Source of the DNA: Acidobacteriota bacterium
GTDB taxonomy: Bacteria > Acidobacteriota > UBA6911 > JACQSX01
DNA: 64,000 nucleotides
Direction of reading: 5' to 3'
NCBI GenBank assembly: GCA_016211105.1
Contig: JACQSX010000029.1
Coordinates: forward strand, 5,210 to 69,209
The position numbers were made by a program, and so were the translations under genes. The notes beneath the pieces were generated by a model. It worked only from the letters and a program-made list of their open reading frames with translations, had not been told where the DNA came from and searched no databases. Positions 30,893 through 40,313 of this stretch are shown here, piece by piece; position 1 is the stretch's first letter; the number at the start of each line of letters is the position of its first letter.

Positions 30893-32548
30893 CTATCTGG
30901 CGGTGATGCTGAATTGCGCAGAGCCCAGCAACTGGCCTCCACGCTCGACGGTAACGGCGGTTTCCCAGGTCCAGGCCATGGGCACGCTCAGCATGCCGGA
31001 ATAGTCGCCATTCCCTTGCGCCGACAGCCTTGTTTCCGAGCTCATGGGAGGCATCGAACCCATGGCAGGCATGGAAATGCGCACTTGGACCACGGCATCG
31101 TTGATCGGTGTTCCATGCGCGTCAACTACCCTGACCCGGACCATGTTATTGCCCGCCTTCGCCGGATCGGGTTCAGTGCGCAGTTGGATTTGGAGTTGTT
31201 GCGCCGCGGCTGGCACTGCTGAAATTGGGTTTTGGGGAGCACCCATACCGGCAAACGCGCCTTTGAGCCTGCTTTCGGAGTCAAGAATAAAATTTGCGGC
31301 CGTCGCTACTCTTTCCCCCGACTTTAATCCCTCATGAATGGCATAGTACCCTTCAGCCTGCAGCCCCACTCTTACCTGCCTCGGTTCAAAGTAACCATTT
31401 CCCTGATCCACAAAAACATATTGTTGGGCGCCGGTATCCAGCACGGCGTCTTCAGGTATCGTCAACTGCCGGCCCAGGCCAATGTGCACCTTTACATTTA
31501 CAAACATATCCGGCCGGAGTTGATAGTTCGGATTATCAAACTCCATCCGGACTTGGACCGTCCGCGTAGTTGGGTTCAGATAAGGATAGACATAGGTGAC
31601 CGTGCCAGTCAGGCGTTGGAATGCTTCTGGATAGGGGAACTCCACATCCACTCTCTGGCCCACTCGAACCAGCGGCAACTCGTACTCGTAAATCTCCGCC
31701 AGAACCCATACTCTAGTAAGGTCGACAATCGTGTAGAGGTCCATCTCAGGAGCAACGTACCGACCGTGGTGATAAGCGGTGCGCTCGGTCACCAGTCCGC
31801 CAGTAGGCGAATAGATCACAATCTCCCGCTTTGATTTACCCCGCCTTTCAAGATCTGCGATCTCTTCATCCGTGACATCCCACAGTTGCGGACGGCGGCG
31901 GCTTGCCTCCAAAAGATCTCGCGTGCTCTTCGAAACCCACTCCAGGGGAGTATCTCCAAGGTCCCTCCGCGCCCGCAGAGCAAGCAGATATTCTTCCTGG
32001 GTAGCCACAAGATCCGGGCTGTAGATGCTGAAAAGCGGATCGCCTTTTTTGACGAATTTCCCTACGAAGTCAACAAATACCTGTTCGATCCAGCCATTGA
32101 CCTTGGTATGGATGTGTGTAACTTTAGTCTCATCGTAGGCAATCTTGCCGACGGTTCGGATCTCCTTTGACAGGAGTCGAAGGGTCGCCGGTGCCGTTTG
32201 TACACCGATCAGTTGCTGGCGCTGGGGCGCAATAAATATGGCCCTCGCTTCCCCGACTGCCTGCTTAGCGCCAGCGGTATCATCGGGCATGTCCATTCCT
32301 GGCATGCTGCCAACTGTACGGGTTGGCGTTTCATGGATACGGGCGTGTTCTTTTAGGGCGAATCTCCGTACGATGCGTTGTCCCCAAGCTGTTCGTTGTA
32401 GCTCCATGCCATAGAACTGCCAGACCACCCATGCGCCTCCCGCCAACAGGATCAGCGCCAGCAACAAACTCGTCAGTTTCCCACGCACCCCACAGCGGGA
32501 GCCCGATATTTCCTCTTTGGAAGAGGTCCTTTCATTTCCCAAGCTCAT
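30893..32548 (-). CDS. cusB: RND efflux periplasmic adaptor (CusB-like) with a Met-rich N-terminus and an extra ~100-aa C-terminal domain
   Basis: Membrane-fusion-protein core (lipoyl, beta-barrel and MP domains). The start was moved to ATG 32548, which has a GGGGAGGA RBS. A C-terminal extension is noted in findings. Confidence 0.85.
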   Translation of the reverse strand: MSLGNERTSSKEEISGSRCGVRGKLTSLLLALILLAGGAWVVWQFYGMELQRTAWGQRIVRRFALKEHARIHETPTRTVGSMPGMDMPDDTAGAKQAVGEARAIFIAPQRQQLIGVQTAPATLRLLSKEIRTVGKIAYDETKVTHIHTKVNGWIEQVFVDFVGKFVKKGDPLFSIYSPDLVATQEEYLLALRARRDLGDTPLEWVSKSTRDLLEASRRRPQLWDVTDEEIADLERRGKSKREIVIYSPTGGLVTERTAYHHGRYVAPEMDLYTIVDLTRVWVLAEIYEYELPLVRVGQRVDVEFPYPEAFQRLTGTVTYVYPYLNPTTRTVQVRMEFDNPNYQLRPDMFVNVKVHIGLGRQLTIPEDAVLDTGAQQYVFVDQGNGYFEPRQVRVGLQAEGYYAIHEGLKSGERVATAANFILDSESRLKGAFAGMGAPQNPISAVPAAAQQLQIQLRTEPDPAKAGNNMVRVRVVDAHGTPINDAVVQVRISMPAMGSMPPMSSETRLSAQGNGDYSGMLSVPMAWTWETAVTVERGGQLLGSAQFSITAR

Positions 32549-32748
32549 TTTTATCCTCCCCGGATGCCCCACTTTGCAGGCAATCCGCTTTCATAAGATT
32601 TGATTTTGCAAGGGTGTCTCCAATGCCGATTCTGTCGACTGCGGGACTTACGGAAACCAACCACTTCGGCGGCCGTGGGCATAGTGCGGCGCCCACAACA
32701 CGGAGGCTAAAAGGCGAACCTAGCGGGCACACTTCGCCCGCCCAGGTT

Positions 32749-33111
32749 CTAGACTAGAAAGGAAGAATAAAGGATGAAGCGCGGCGTCCCAAGCTCACGA
32801 AGGAAAGTTACAGGCAGCGAGTACACAGGGGGAATTTCTAACAATCTCCAGGCGCCATCGAAGGCGCCACGCGGAGAAAGGACCATGATTGGTTCGGACT
32901 TAACTTTGTACCCTGATCCGTTCTGATCACGACAATTCATGTCGCAACAAGTCATGGCTCCTACGGCCCCAGAGTTTGCCGTTTGACAACAGTTCGCGTC
33001 TTTGTCAGAGAGACACCCGGGCGAGTTGAGCAGGCGCAGATCGCTGCTTAAGATCGCCAAAAATGCAAGCAAAAGCGTAACAGCCCAGACTCTTTTCAAC
33101 ACGGCGTCCAT
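32749..33111 (-). CDS. Hypothetical small secreted Cys-rich protein (120 aa) immediately upstream of cusBA
   Basis: ATG start, signal-peptide-like N-terminus (VWAVTLLLAFLAILS), then six Cys within 22 residues (C-x8-CC-x12-CC-x3-C). No known family. Confidence 0.4.
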   Translation of the reverse strand: MDAVLKRVWAVTLLLAFLAILSSDLRLLNSPGCLSDKDANCCQTANSGAVGAMTCCDMNCRDQNGSGYKVKSEPIMVLSPRGAFDGAWRLLEIPPVYSLPVTFLRELGTPRFILYSSFLV

Positions 33112-33215
33112 TATAAATCACTTTCAGGCAGACAAAAAAGAGGCCGATCGCAGTCATGGCACTTCAGACACTTATCGAGAGGTCCCTGGAGCGCTTCTTT
33201 TTCCTCTTTTAGAGT

Positions 33216-35702
33216 TTAAAACTCGAACCTTATCCCGCCAACGGCGGTCGCGCCTGGGGTAACAAAACCGCTTTCGTAATACCCTCGGTTAAATACATTA
33301 TCCACCTTACCGTAGAGGCGAATTGCCCGGAATTCAGAGAGGGGCCAGCGGTAGCTTATCCCCAGATCGGCTTTGGCGATCCCATCGAACCGATAAGCGC
33401 GACTCGCAAACGTTTCCGCATCGAAAATCGGCGCTAAGTAACCGCTGGATGCAACCAAATCGAAGTTGACAAAGAACCGGCGGCCTAAATGTTGCGTCGC
33501 TACCATTGAGAACTGATGATTGGGAATGGCAAAAGAGTGAACAATACCGGCAATCGAAGGCGCGCGCTGATCGGAGTTCGTATAGGTGTACGCAACGGTC
33601 AAATCCAGCCAGGGGACCAATGTCCCGCCCACGTCCAGCTCAAGTCCTCGTGCCAATCCACCCTGTGTGTTCCGATATCCGCCGAATCTCCCGAATGGAT
33701 CGGTGGCCGGATTGATTGCGCCGGAAAAATCAAAAATGATCATTTCCTGAAGTCGTGTGTAAAAGTATGTCGCCGATGCCCGCATGCCACTCTTTGGGAG
33801 CGCTTGGTCCAACCCGATATCGAACGCAATGGAGCGATCCGGCCGCAAACGTGGATCTCCAAAAATGAAATAGCCAAAAGCACCAAACGACGCTCCGAAA
33901 CGCTCAAACAACGAAGGCGCGCGGTAGCCGTTGCCGACATGGCCGCGTACTTTGGTACCACTGCGGCGGAAGAAGTAAGCAATTGACCCATCGCCGGTAT
34001 ATGCGTTGGGCGGCGCTTCAAAGGAAACTCCTTGATAGGGTACAGATATCGCAGGAGCGAAGCGCGGCCGGCTCAGTAAGAAGGATTGCAATCGAAAGGC
34101 CAAGGACAATTGCAACTGGTCTCCCAGCAGGCGCATTTGGTCCTGGACAAAAAGGGAATTACTACGTTGCGTTACATCGACTACCGAATTTTCAGCGGGA
34201 TCGACGGGAAAGGAACGGTTGACAAACTTCTCATTCTCAAATTCATAACCGGCATCCACAAAATTAAAGCTGCCTAATCGTAAATTCAATCGCGCATTCA
34301 ATGTATGGATACTTCCCAAAAAGTCGAAACGCGTATTCCCCTCGGGCTGCAGCGAGGCTCCGGCTGGGCCATTGCGATGCCTACGATCGGTGACGAGGCC
34401 CTGATAGATAACGTGATAGCCAAGCCGATCGCTTGGCTTGTGGGCAAACGTTACTAACCCAGAAAACAAGTGCGCCGACCGGCTACTGTCAGGATCTGCA
34501 GTCGAAGGAATGAATGTGGCGTTTCCAATGTTGAGTTCTCCAACGGGAGCACCGTTCCTGTACCTCCGGAATAACTCACCAGATAGAGGTACCGCATTGA
34601 CAATTCCGCTCGCGACAAGGTGGCCCACAGCCTGCGGATCCGTGTCGACTTGCGAGAATGAATCGGTTGAATAGAGTCGCATGGACAATGTGGTTGCCGG
34701 CGAAAGTCGAAAACTGACTTGGCCATGACCGCTGCTGATGCGCGCCGTATTTTCTCCACTCACACCGCTGGAGACATTCAGATGAGAGGCGCCCAAGCTG
34801 TATGCCATGCGATCCGCGAGGAACGCACCGGAAACCTGGGCCCTTCCTCGAAATAGACCAAGACCTCCCCCTTCCAGTAGCAAATTCCCGCGCAGGGGCC
34901 CTCCCCCGCCTTTTGTAACGAGATTGACAACGCCTCCGATTGCGTTGGAACCGTAGAGAGAAGAACCCGATCCACGCAGCACCTCAATACGGTCCAGATT
35001 GGTAGGGATCAAATCCTCCAGAAGGCCGGAGGCGTCCCCCTGTGGCGCAGCAGCGTCGCGAAACCGAACGCCATCCAAGAGAACCGCGGTGTCTTCGTTG
35101 CGCAGACCACGCGTTTTAATCGTTGTTAACGCCCCCGGGCCACCCAGCGCTTGGACACGCAATCCTGCGATAACCCGCAGAGCTTCCGAAATCGTAACCT
35201 CATCACGCTGATCGATTTCTGCGGAGCTGATGACGCTGATCGCTTTGGAAACCTCATCGACGGGTTGCGCAGTGCCCGACGCGGTGACGACGACTTGCTC
35301 ACGGATCACGGCCAATTGCAGTGGAATATCGACTTTCTCTATGTTCCCACGCTCCAAACGCACACTCCATGCCGCGGCGCGAGCGAAACCTTCCGATTCC
35401 GCATCCAGGAGATACTCTCCCGGCGCCAGATGTTCAAATCGATAGGTGCCCTCCTGGTCCGCAGTCACGCTCATGCGCCAAGTATCTCCGCGGGAATAAA
35501 GCCTCACAACCGCGTTGCCGACACCTGCTCCCTGCGGATCGATAACGCGACCGCTAATGGCGGCTCCCCTCGCCCCGAACGCCAGCGCGGTAGCAGCAAA
35601 CAGCAGCGTAACGGCGAAGGAACTCCTGAAGGCCGAGCGCAGTCGACAGACTGCTGAAAAGCTCCTCTTCCTTACAATTCTTACAAACACTGGAACGAAC
35701 AT
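33216..35702 (-). CDS. TonB-dependent outer-membrane receptor with an N-terminal carboxypeptidase-regulatory-like domain; probably a cobalamin/corrinoid importer (BtuB-like), given the upstream riboswitches
   Basis: Signal peptide, CarbopepD_reg segment (AISGRVIDPQGAGVGNAVVRLY), plug and 22-strand barrel, and a C-terminal aromatic residue (...GGIRFEF). The start was moved to ATG 35702. Confidence 0.85.
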   Translation of the reverse strand: MFVPVFVRIVRKRSFSAVCRLRSAFRSSFAVTLLFAATALAFGARGAAISGRVIDPQGAGVGNAVVRLYSRGDTWRMSVTADQEGTYRFEHLAPGEYLLDAESEGFARAAAWSVRLERGNIEKVDIPLQLAVIREQVVVTASGTAQPVDEVSKAISVISSAEIDQRDEVTISEALRVIAGLRVQALGGPGALTTIKTRGLRNEDTAVLLDGVRFRDAAAPQGDASGLLEDLIPTNLDRIEVLRGSGSSLYGSNAIGGVVNLVTKGGGGPLRGNLLLEGGGLGLFRGRAQVSGAFLADRMAYSLGASHLNVSSGVSGENTARISSGHGQVSFRLSPATTLSMRLYSTDSFSQVDTDPQAVGHLVASGIVNAVPLSGELFRRYRNGAPVGELNIGNATFIPSTADPDSSRSAHLFSGLVTFAHKPSDRLGYHVIYQGLVTDRRHRNGPAGASLQPEGNTRFDFLGSIHTLNARLNLRLGSFNFVDAGYEFENEKFVNRSFPVDPAENSVVDVTQRSNSLFVQDQMRLLGDQLQLSLAFRLQSFLLSRPRFAPAISVPYQGVSFEAPPNAYTGDGSIAYFFRRSGTKVRGHVGNGYRAPSLFERFGASFGAFGYFIFGDPRLRPDRSIAFDIGLDQALPKSGMRASATYFYTRLQEMIIFDFSGAINPATDPFGRFGGYRNTQGGLARGLELDVGGTLVPWLDLTVAYTYTNSDQRAPSIAGIVHSFAIPNHQFSMVATQHLGRRFFVNFDLVASSGYLAPIFDAETFASRAYRFDGIAKADLGISYRWPLSEFRAIRLYGKVDNVFNRGYYESGFVTPGATAVGGIRFEF

Positions 35703-35985
35703 GTTGATGGTCCTTTCTCCTCCCCTTCGGAGGTTTCCAAGACACGTCGGAGGCAGGTTTCCTGACTTGCGGCAATCTGGCCTATTCTCCACGCCTTCCC
35801 ATCCATATGCACGGGAACCCTTTTCGGATCGCCACCAAGACGTGATCGCTCTGTCTTGGCGATACGACCCTTTCAGGGGCGCCGCGATATACTGGGCAGT
35901 GGCGCCTTTCGTGGATTTTGCTGCCGTTTACAGTTGCGAGGGCAGTGGCGGATTTGCACCGCGCTTCCCACACGCCTTTCGTGCA
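35703..35985 (-). promoter_or_regulatory. Cobalamin riboswitch, proximal copy (aptamer approx. 35751-35985), plus an RBS-sequestering hairpin expression platform (35703-35750)
   Basis: The minus-strand RNA contains GGGAAGCGCGGUGCAAAUCCGCCACUGCCCUCGCAACUGUAA (core), GGCGCCACUGCCC (B12 box) and a 3' GUCAGGAAACCUGCC. Downstream, CCUCCGAAGGGGAGGAGAAAGG pairs over the RBS just before the ATG. Confidence 0.8.
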
Positions 35986-36130
35986 TCGTTTCTCTCGTAG
36001 ATGCGCTCTTATATCGCCTGAGACAGATCGGCAAGGAAGGCGGGAATCGAGGAGACCGCAGAACTCGTGATCGTCATCGCCCGACACCAGCCGCTCTCCT
36101 GCGAAGCGTGGCGCGAACCTTACGCATTTA

Positions 36131-36285
36131 AGGCAGGTCTCCTGACTTACAGGTCAACACGCCGCCGGCGGCCTTCCCATCCCGAGGAACAGTGGCCTCA
36201 CAAAACATGCCGGCGCGCTCTCTGTCTACAGTGGCGCGACCGTGCGGGCTTTTCACCCGCTTCCCTTTTAACTCGCCGGTTCAAG
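36131..36285 (-). promoter_or_regulatory. Cobalamin riboswitch, distal (second, more compact) copy in tandem
   Basis: The minus-strand RNA contains AAAAGGGAAGCGGGUGAAAAGCCCGCACGGUCGCGCCACUGUAG (core), GAGGCCACUGUUCCUC...GGGAAGGC (B12 box) and a 3' GUCAGGAGACCUGCC. Confidence 0.75.
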
Positions 36286-36349
36286 ACGAGCACCTCAAAT
36301 TGAATTATCAATATCATGAAGGCATCTTGGGGTCAAGAAACAAGGCGAC

Positions 36350-37270
36350 TTACCCTCCAACGCCCGACAGAGCGGCGACTAATGAAAGCGGATCGACCCG
36401 TGCTCCACCGAGGCGCATCGACCAGTGCAAATGTGGCCCGGTGACACGGCCGGTAGCTCCCACATATCCAACGAGACTCCCCTTCGAGATGAGCTCTCCC
36501 TCGGACACTGCAAATCGAGAGAGATGCGCAAAATACGAGTAAAGTCCCCAGCCGTGGTCCAGAATCACAGTATTTCCTGAATAGTAAAGATCGGCAGCCA
36601 GCACGACTCTTCCCATATTGGGAGCCCCCACGGGCGTCCCTTCGCGGGCACGGAAGTCAGTTCCGCTATGAGGGTTGCGCAACTGCCCATTGAGGATGCT
36701 CCGGCTGCCAAAGCTGCTGGTAGCAACTCCGGATACTGGGCGCAGAAACGTTCCACTCCACAACCGCTCGGGTGAAACTTTTACAAAAATGGAACCCACC
36801 GTTTCGGACTCCTGCCGGATGCGCTCCAACTCTTCCGCCGGGGGCGTGACAAACTTTTCTTCCACTGTCAGTCGCCGAGTGGAAAACCATTTTCTCTTCA
36901 CGCGGAGACGGCGGACCGCCTGGACGCTCACCCCATCCTGTCGAGTCCCATTCAGCTCCACCCCATAAGTACCGGGCGCAACATCCAGGTCAATTCCGAT
37001 CAGGCCTTGCCACACTCTTCCATCCTGGCTGGAGAAAAAAGGAACCGCCCTTTCGAGAAGTTTTCCTTCAATTTCCTTCAACGGCATCGCTGAACGAACG
37101 GTCATCAACACCACTTCTCCGGGCTTGAGAGATCGAGCCCTATGAGAAATCTTCAGCGGACGCACTGTGGCTGAGAACGCAAAATGAGTTGCAAGAATGA
37201 CCGATAGGAAAGCCGACAGGAAAGCAGATCTCCTTTTCAGTCGATGCGCGCGCGTGTAGTACATTTGCAT
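36350..37270 (-). CDS. M23-family (LytM-type) peptidoglycan endopeptidase
   Basis: HxxxD / HxH zinc site (HSGTDF...GPHLHWSM). Signal peptide after the internal ATG; the start is uncertain (37270 or 37327). Confidence 0.8.
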   Translation of the reverse strand: MQMYYTRAHRLKRRSAFLSAFLSVILATHFAFSATVRPLKISHRARSLKPGEVVLMTVRSAMPLKEIEGKLLERAVPFFSSQDGRVWQGLIGIDLDVAPGTYGVELNGTRQDGVSVQAVRRLRVKRKWFSTRRLTVEEKFVTPPAEELERIRQESETVGSIFVKVSPERLWSGTFLRPVSGVATSSFGSRSILNGQLRNPHSGTDFRAREGTPVGAPNMGRVVLAADLYYSGNTVILDHGWGLYSYFAHLSRFAVSEGELISKGSLVGYVGATGRVTGPHLHWSMRLGGARVDPLSLVAALSGVGG

Positions 37271-37348
37271 GATTTCTCCCTGCTCCCCGGCTTTTCCGCG
37301 GGTGGCGGGTTCATGGTGAAGGAACAACTTGGATCATCCGGGCCACCT

Positions 37349-38941
37349 TCAGCGTGCCGGAACTCCGCCGGCCCGAGGCTTACTTTTCTTGAAAAGTAGG
37401 ACCAGCGGGAGACACAAAAGGCACATCAGGGCGAGCCACCGAAAGCTATCTACGAACGCCATGAGTCTCGCCTGTCTGACTAGTATCCCGTAGATTACGG
37501 CATACGCCTGCTGCGCCGCTGCGAGAGGCCCAACTTGTGAGCTCAGTCCCTCCTGGATCGCATGGAGCCGCTGTTGGAAAGCAGGATCATAGGGCGTCAA
37601 ATGGGAAACCAGCGTAGCCTGATGCATTTGTCCGCTTCGAAAAATCATGGTGGTGGCAACCGATATACCAACACTTCCCCCGATATTGCGCATCAGATTA
37701 TAGAGACCCGCTGCGTTGCCCATCTGCTCATTGCGCAGTGTTCCCATCGACAGCGTGGTCAGCGGGACAAAAATAAAACCCATGGCGAACCCACTGATGA
37801 TATTCGGCCACACCACACTGTCCATTGCAATCTCAAGATTGACATTCCCCAGCAAAAACGTTGAAACGCCAAGGATCGCCAAGCCCACCACGATGAGGAA
37901 TCGACTATCAATTCTGCCAATCAGGCGGCCAACGATATTGAGTGAAACCATCGCACCCAACCCACGCGGACTTACCGCCATACCGCTCTCTTTGGCTGGA
38001 TAACCCAAAAGCGTCTGCAGGAAGAGTGGCAGGGACGCCATCGTGCTGTACAGCACCGCGCCTACGATGGTCATCAAGAACGTCCCCACGGCAAAGTTAC
38101 GGTTGGCGAAAACACGCAGATCGACAATCGGTTCCCGGGCGCGCAGTTCGCGAATGATGAACGCGACCATGCAGGCACAGGAGATCACGGCAAACCAACG
38201 TATCCATACCGCCGCGAACCAATCTTCTTGCTGGCCCTTGTCAAAGATCAACTGCAGCGTTCCAAGCCATAGCGTCATCAATCCAAACCCTAGATAATCG
38301 ATGGTGCGACGCGCCCCTGCCTTGATGTACGGGGGGTCCTCGACAAAGGCTTGTGTCATCAGAATGGCAAGAACTCCCACCGGAAGATTGATGTAGAAAA
38401 CCCACCGCCAAGAGTAATTATCCGTGACCCATCCGCCCAGTGTCGGACCAATAATGGGCGCAACCACAACGCCCATACCGAACACGGCCATTGCCACGCC
38501 GCGCTTGGCAGGTGGAAAACTCTCCAGCAAAACCGACTGCGCGATCGGCTGCAGTGCCCCGCCGCCCACGCCTTGCACGACACGCGCAAACACCAGCATG
38601 CCCAGGCTAAGTGCCGCGCCGCACACAAACGAGGACAAGGTGAAGATCACCACACAGGTCATCAAAAACCGCTTGCGCCCAAAGAAGCTGCTCAGCCAAC
38701 CACTTGCAGGCAGGATGATGGCGTTTGAGATCAGGTAGCTGGTGAGCACCCAGGTGGCTTCCTCGGTAGTGACGGAAAGATTCCCTGCGATGTGAGGCAG
38801 CGCTACATTCGCTACGGATGTGTCCAGTACTTCCATGAAAGTGGCCAGCATGACCGACCCGGCGATGATCCAGGGATTATGGCTAGGCCGCCACTCCTGG
38901 GGATCCGCGGCTGGATGGCTCCCCAGTTCACGATCGCTCAT
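37349..38941 (-). CDS. MFS DHA2-family multidrug efflux transporter (EmrB/QacA-like, 14 TM)
   Basis: DHA2 motifs (LDTSVANVALP; GRKRFL). A 4-nt overlap with the upstream HlyD gene. Confidence 0.85.
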   Translation of the reverse strand: MSDRELGSHPAADPQEWRPSHNPWIIAGSVMLATFMEVLDTSVANVALPHIAGNLSVTTEEATWVLTSYLISNAIILPASGWLSSFFGRKRFLMTCVVIFTLSSFVCGAALSLGMLVFARVVQGVGGGALQPIAQSVLLESFPPAKRGVAMAVFGMGVVVAPIIGPTLGGWVTDNYSWRWVFYINLPVGVLAILMTQAFVEDPPYIKAGARRTIDYLGFGLMTLWLGTLQLIFDKGQQEDWFAAVWIRWFAVISCACMVAFIIRELRAREPIVDLRVFANRNFAVGTFLMTIVGAVLYSTMASLPLFLQTLLGYPAKESGMAVSPRGLGAMVSLNIVGRLIGRIDSRFLIVVGLAILGVSTFLLGNVNLEIAMDSVVWPNIISGFAMGFIFVPLTTLSMGTLRNEQMGNAAGLYNLMRNIGGSVGISVATTMIFRSGQMHQATLVSHLTPYDPAFQQRLHAIQEGLSSQVGPLAAAQQAYAVIYGILVRQARLMAFVDSFRWLALMCLLCLPLVLLFKKSKPRAGGVPAR

Positions 38942-40299
38942 TTCACCTTCACCTCCGGCACAACCGACATCCCGGGCCCGAGTACATGAGCGGAGTCAGG
39001 AGGCTCATCAAAGAGGATCTTGACCGGCACGCGCTGCACGACTTTGACGTAGTTGCCGGTCGCATTTTCCGGCGGCAGCATGCTGAAGCGCGCGCCCGTA
39101 CCGGTTTGGATGCTATCGATGCGACCCTTAAAAGGCCTGTCCGGATAGGCATCCACGCGGATCTTGACAGGTTGTCCCACCCGCAACTCTCTTAGCTGCG
39201 TCTCCTTGAAATTGGCAACGACCCACAGGTCGGCTGGCACAATTGCCATCAACGCCTGGCCAACCTGCACGAAAGCGCCTGCCACAACGATCTTGCGTGT
39301 TACGCGCCCGGCTTCGGGGGCATAGATTCTAGTGTAAGAGAGTTCAAGTTCAGCCTGCGCCATCGCTGCCCGCGCCTGTTCAATATCGGCAGCGATCGTC
39401 TCAGCCTCGAATTTACTCACCGCTACCTGTTGCGTTGCCGTATTGGCGGCTGCCAAACGCCCCGAGGCTTCACCAACTTTCGCTTGCGCTCCGCTCCGCT
39501 GCGACTCCATTTGACGGAGATTTGCGTTCGACCATTGCTCGGTGGCCCGCGCCTCGGCAACCTGCGCTTCCGCGGCCGCAACCCGAGCGTGCGCTGCCTC
39601 CAGTTGGGCAGCGGACATACGGGCAACCGTGGTCACCTGATCCAGTTGCTGGCGCGAAACTTCATCGCGCTCATACAACTCCTGGTAACGCTGGAGATCC
39701 GCATTGGCACGGACAGCTTCGGCCTGAGCTGCCGCTTGCAGCGCGCGCGCCTGCTCCCAATTAGCTCTGGCGGTCAAGACGGCGGCACTCACCTGCTCCA
39801 AGCGGCTCCGCGCCGCGGCGACCTCTGCTTCTGCAGCCTGCAACTCGGCTTTCGCTCTCTGTAACCCAGACAACGTCTCCTGCATCACCGCGCTCGTATT
39901 GGCCCGCGTCAGTTCGACATTCGTGCCCGCGGTCCGGTGTTTGGAAATCTCCTCCTGCAAGGTCGCCTGCGCCTGCGCGAGGCGCGTCTCAAAATCACGC
40001 CTGTCCAGCTCAACCAGAAGATCCCCCGGTTTCATCCTTTGGTTGTCGCTCACATACACCTTCAAAACATGTCCTGCTACTTTGGGACTGATCTGTATGA
40101 TCCGACCCTCAATAAAGGCGTCGTCCGTCGACTCATGCGATCTCGCGTAGAGGTAGTAGCGAATGCCAAAGACAAGAGCGACAACAAGCAGCACCACCAC
40201 CGCCAGTGCGGCAGAGCCTTTGTAAAACGGGCTCCTCGTCCCGGCCTTCGGCTCCTGGTGCGACTCGACACCGCCCGGCCGATCCAAAACTTTGGCCAT
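38938..40299 (-). CDS. HlyD-family membrane fusion protein (EmrA-like) with a long coiled-coil
   Basis: N-terminal TM, extended Ala/Gln/Glu-rich coiled coil, and a C-terminal beta-barrel. Confidence 0.85.
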   Translation of the reverse strand: MAKVLDRPGGVESHQEPKAGTRSPFYKGSAALAVVVLLVVALVFGIRYYLYARSHESTDDAFIEGRIIQISPKVAGHVLKVYVSDNQRMKPGDLLVELDRRDFETRLAQAQATLQEEISKHRTAGTNVELTRANTSAVMQETLSGLQRAKAELQAAEAEVAAARSRLEQVSAAVLTARANWEQARALQAAAQAEAVRANADLQRYQELYERDEVSRQQLDQVTTVARMSAAQLEAAHARVAAAEAQVAEARATEQWSNANLRQMESQRSGAQAKVGEASGRLAAANTATQQVAVSKFEAETIAADIEQARAAMAQAELELSYTRIYAPEAGRVTRKIVVAGAFVQVGQALMAIVPADLWVVANFKETQLRELRVGQPVKIRVDAYPDRPFKGRIDSIQTGTGARFSMLPPENATGNYVKVVQRVPVKILFDEPPDSAHVLGPGMSVVPEVKVK

Positions 40300-40313
40300 A
40301 ATCCTCCTCGACG

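Noticed and set aside
28159-32010. Antisense ORFs within cusA and cusB (e.g. 29173..29871, 31334..31834)
   Set aside because: They are shadow ORFs of strongly supported efflux genes.
32573-32590. Near-palindrome TTTGCAGGCAA 25 nt upstream of the cusB ATG as a metal-regulator operator
   Set aside because: It is too short and lies within the 5' UTR rather than a promoter. It does not match CueR, CusR or CsoR consensus sites.
35751-36153. Direct repeat aGGCAGGTyTCCTGACTTrC at 35751 and 36131 as a possible mobile-element terminal repeat
   Set aside because: It is the reverse complement of the conserved cobalamin-riboswitch 3' element (CAGGAGACCUGCC) present once per aptamer.
35782-36303. ORFs 35782..36087(-), 35856..36131(+), 36067..36303(+)
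   Set aside because: They lie entirely within the tandem cobalamin riboswitch / leader region. The repeated segments between them are explained by the two aptamers, not by coding repeats.
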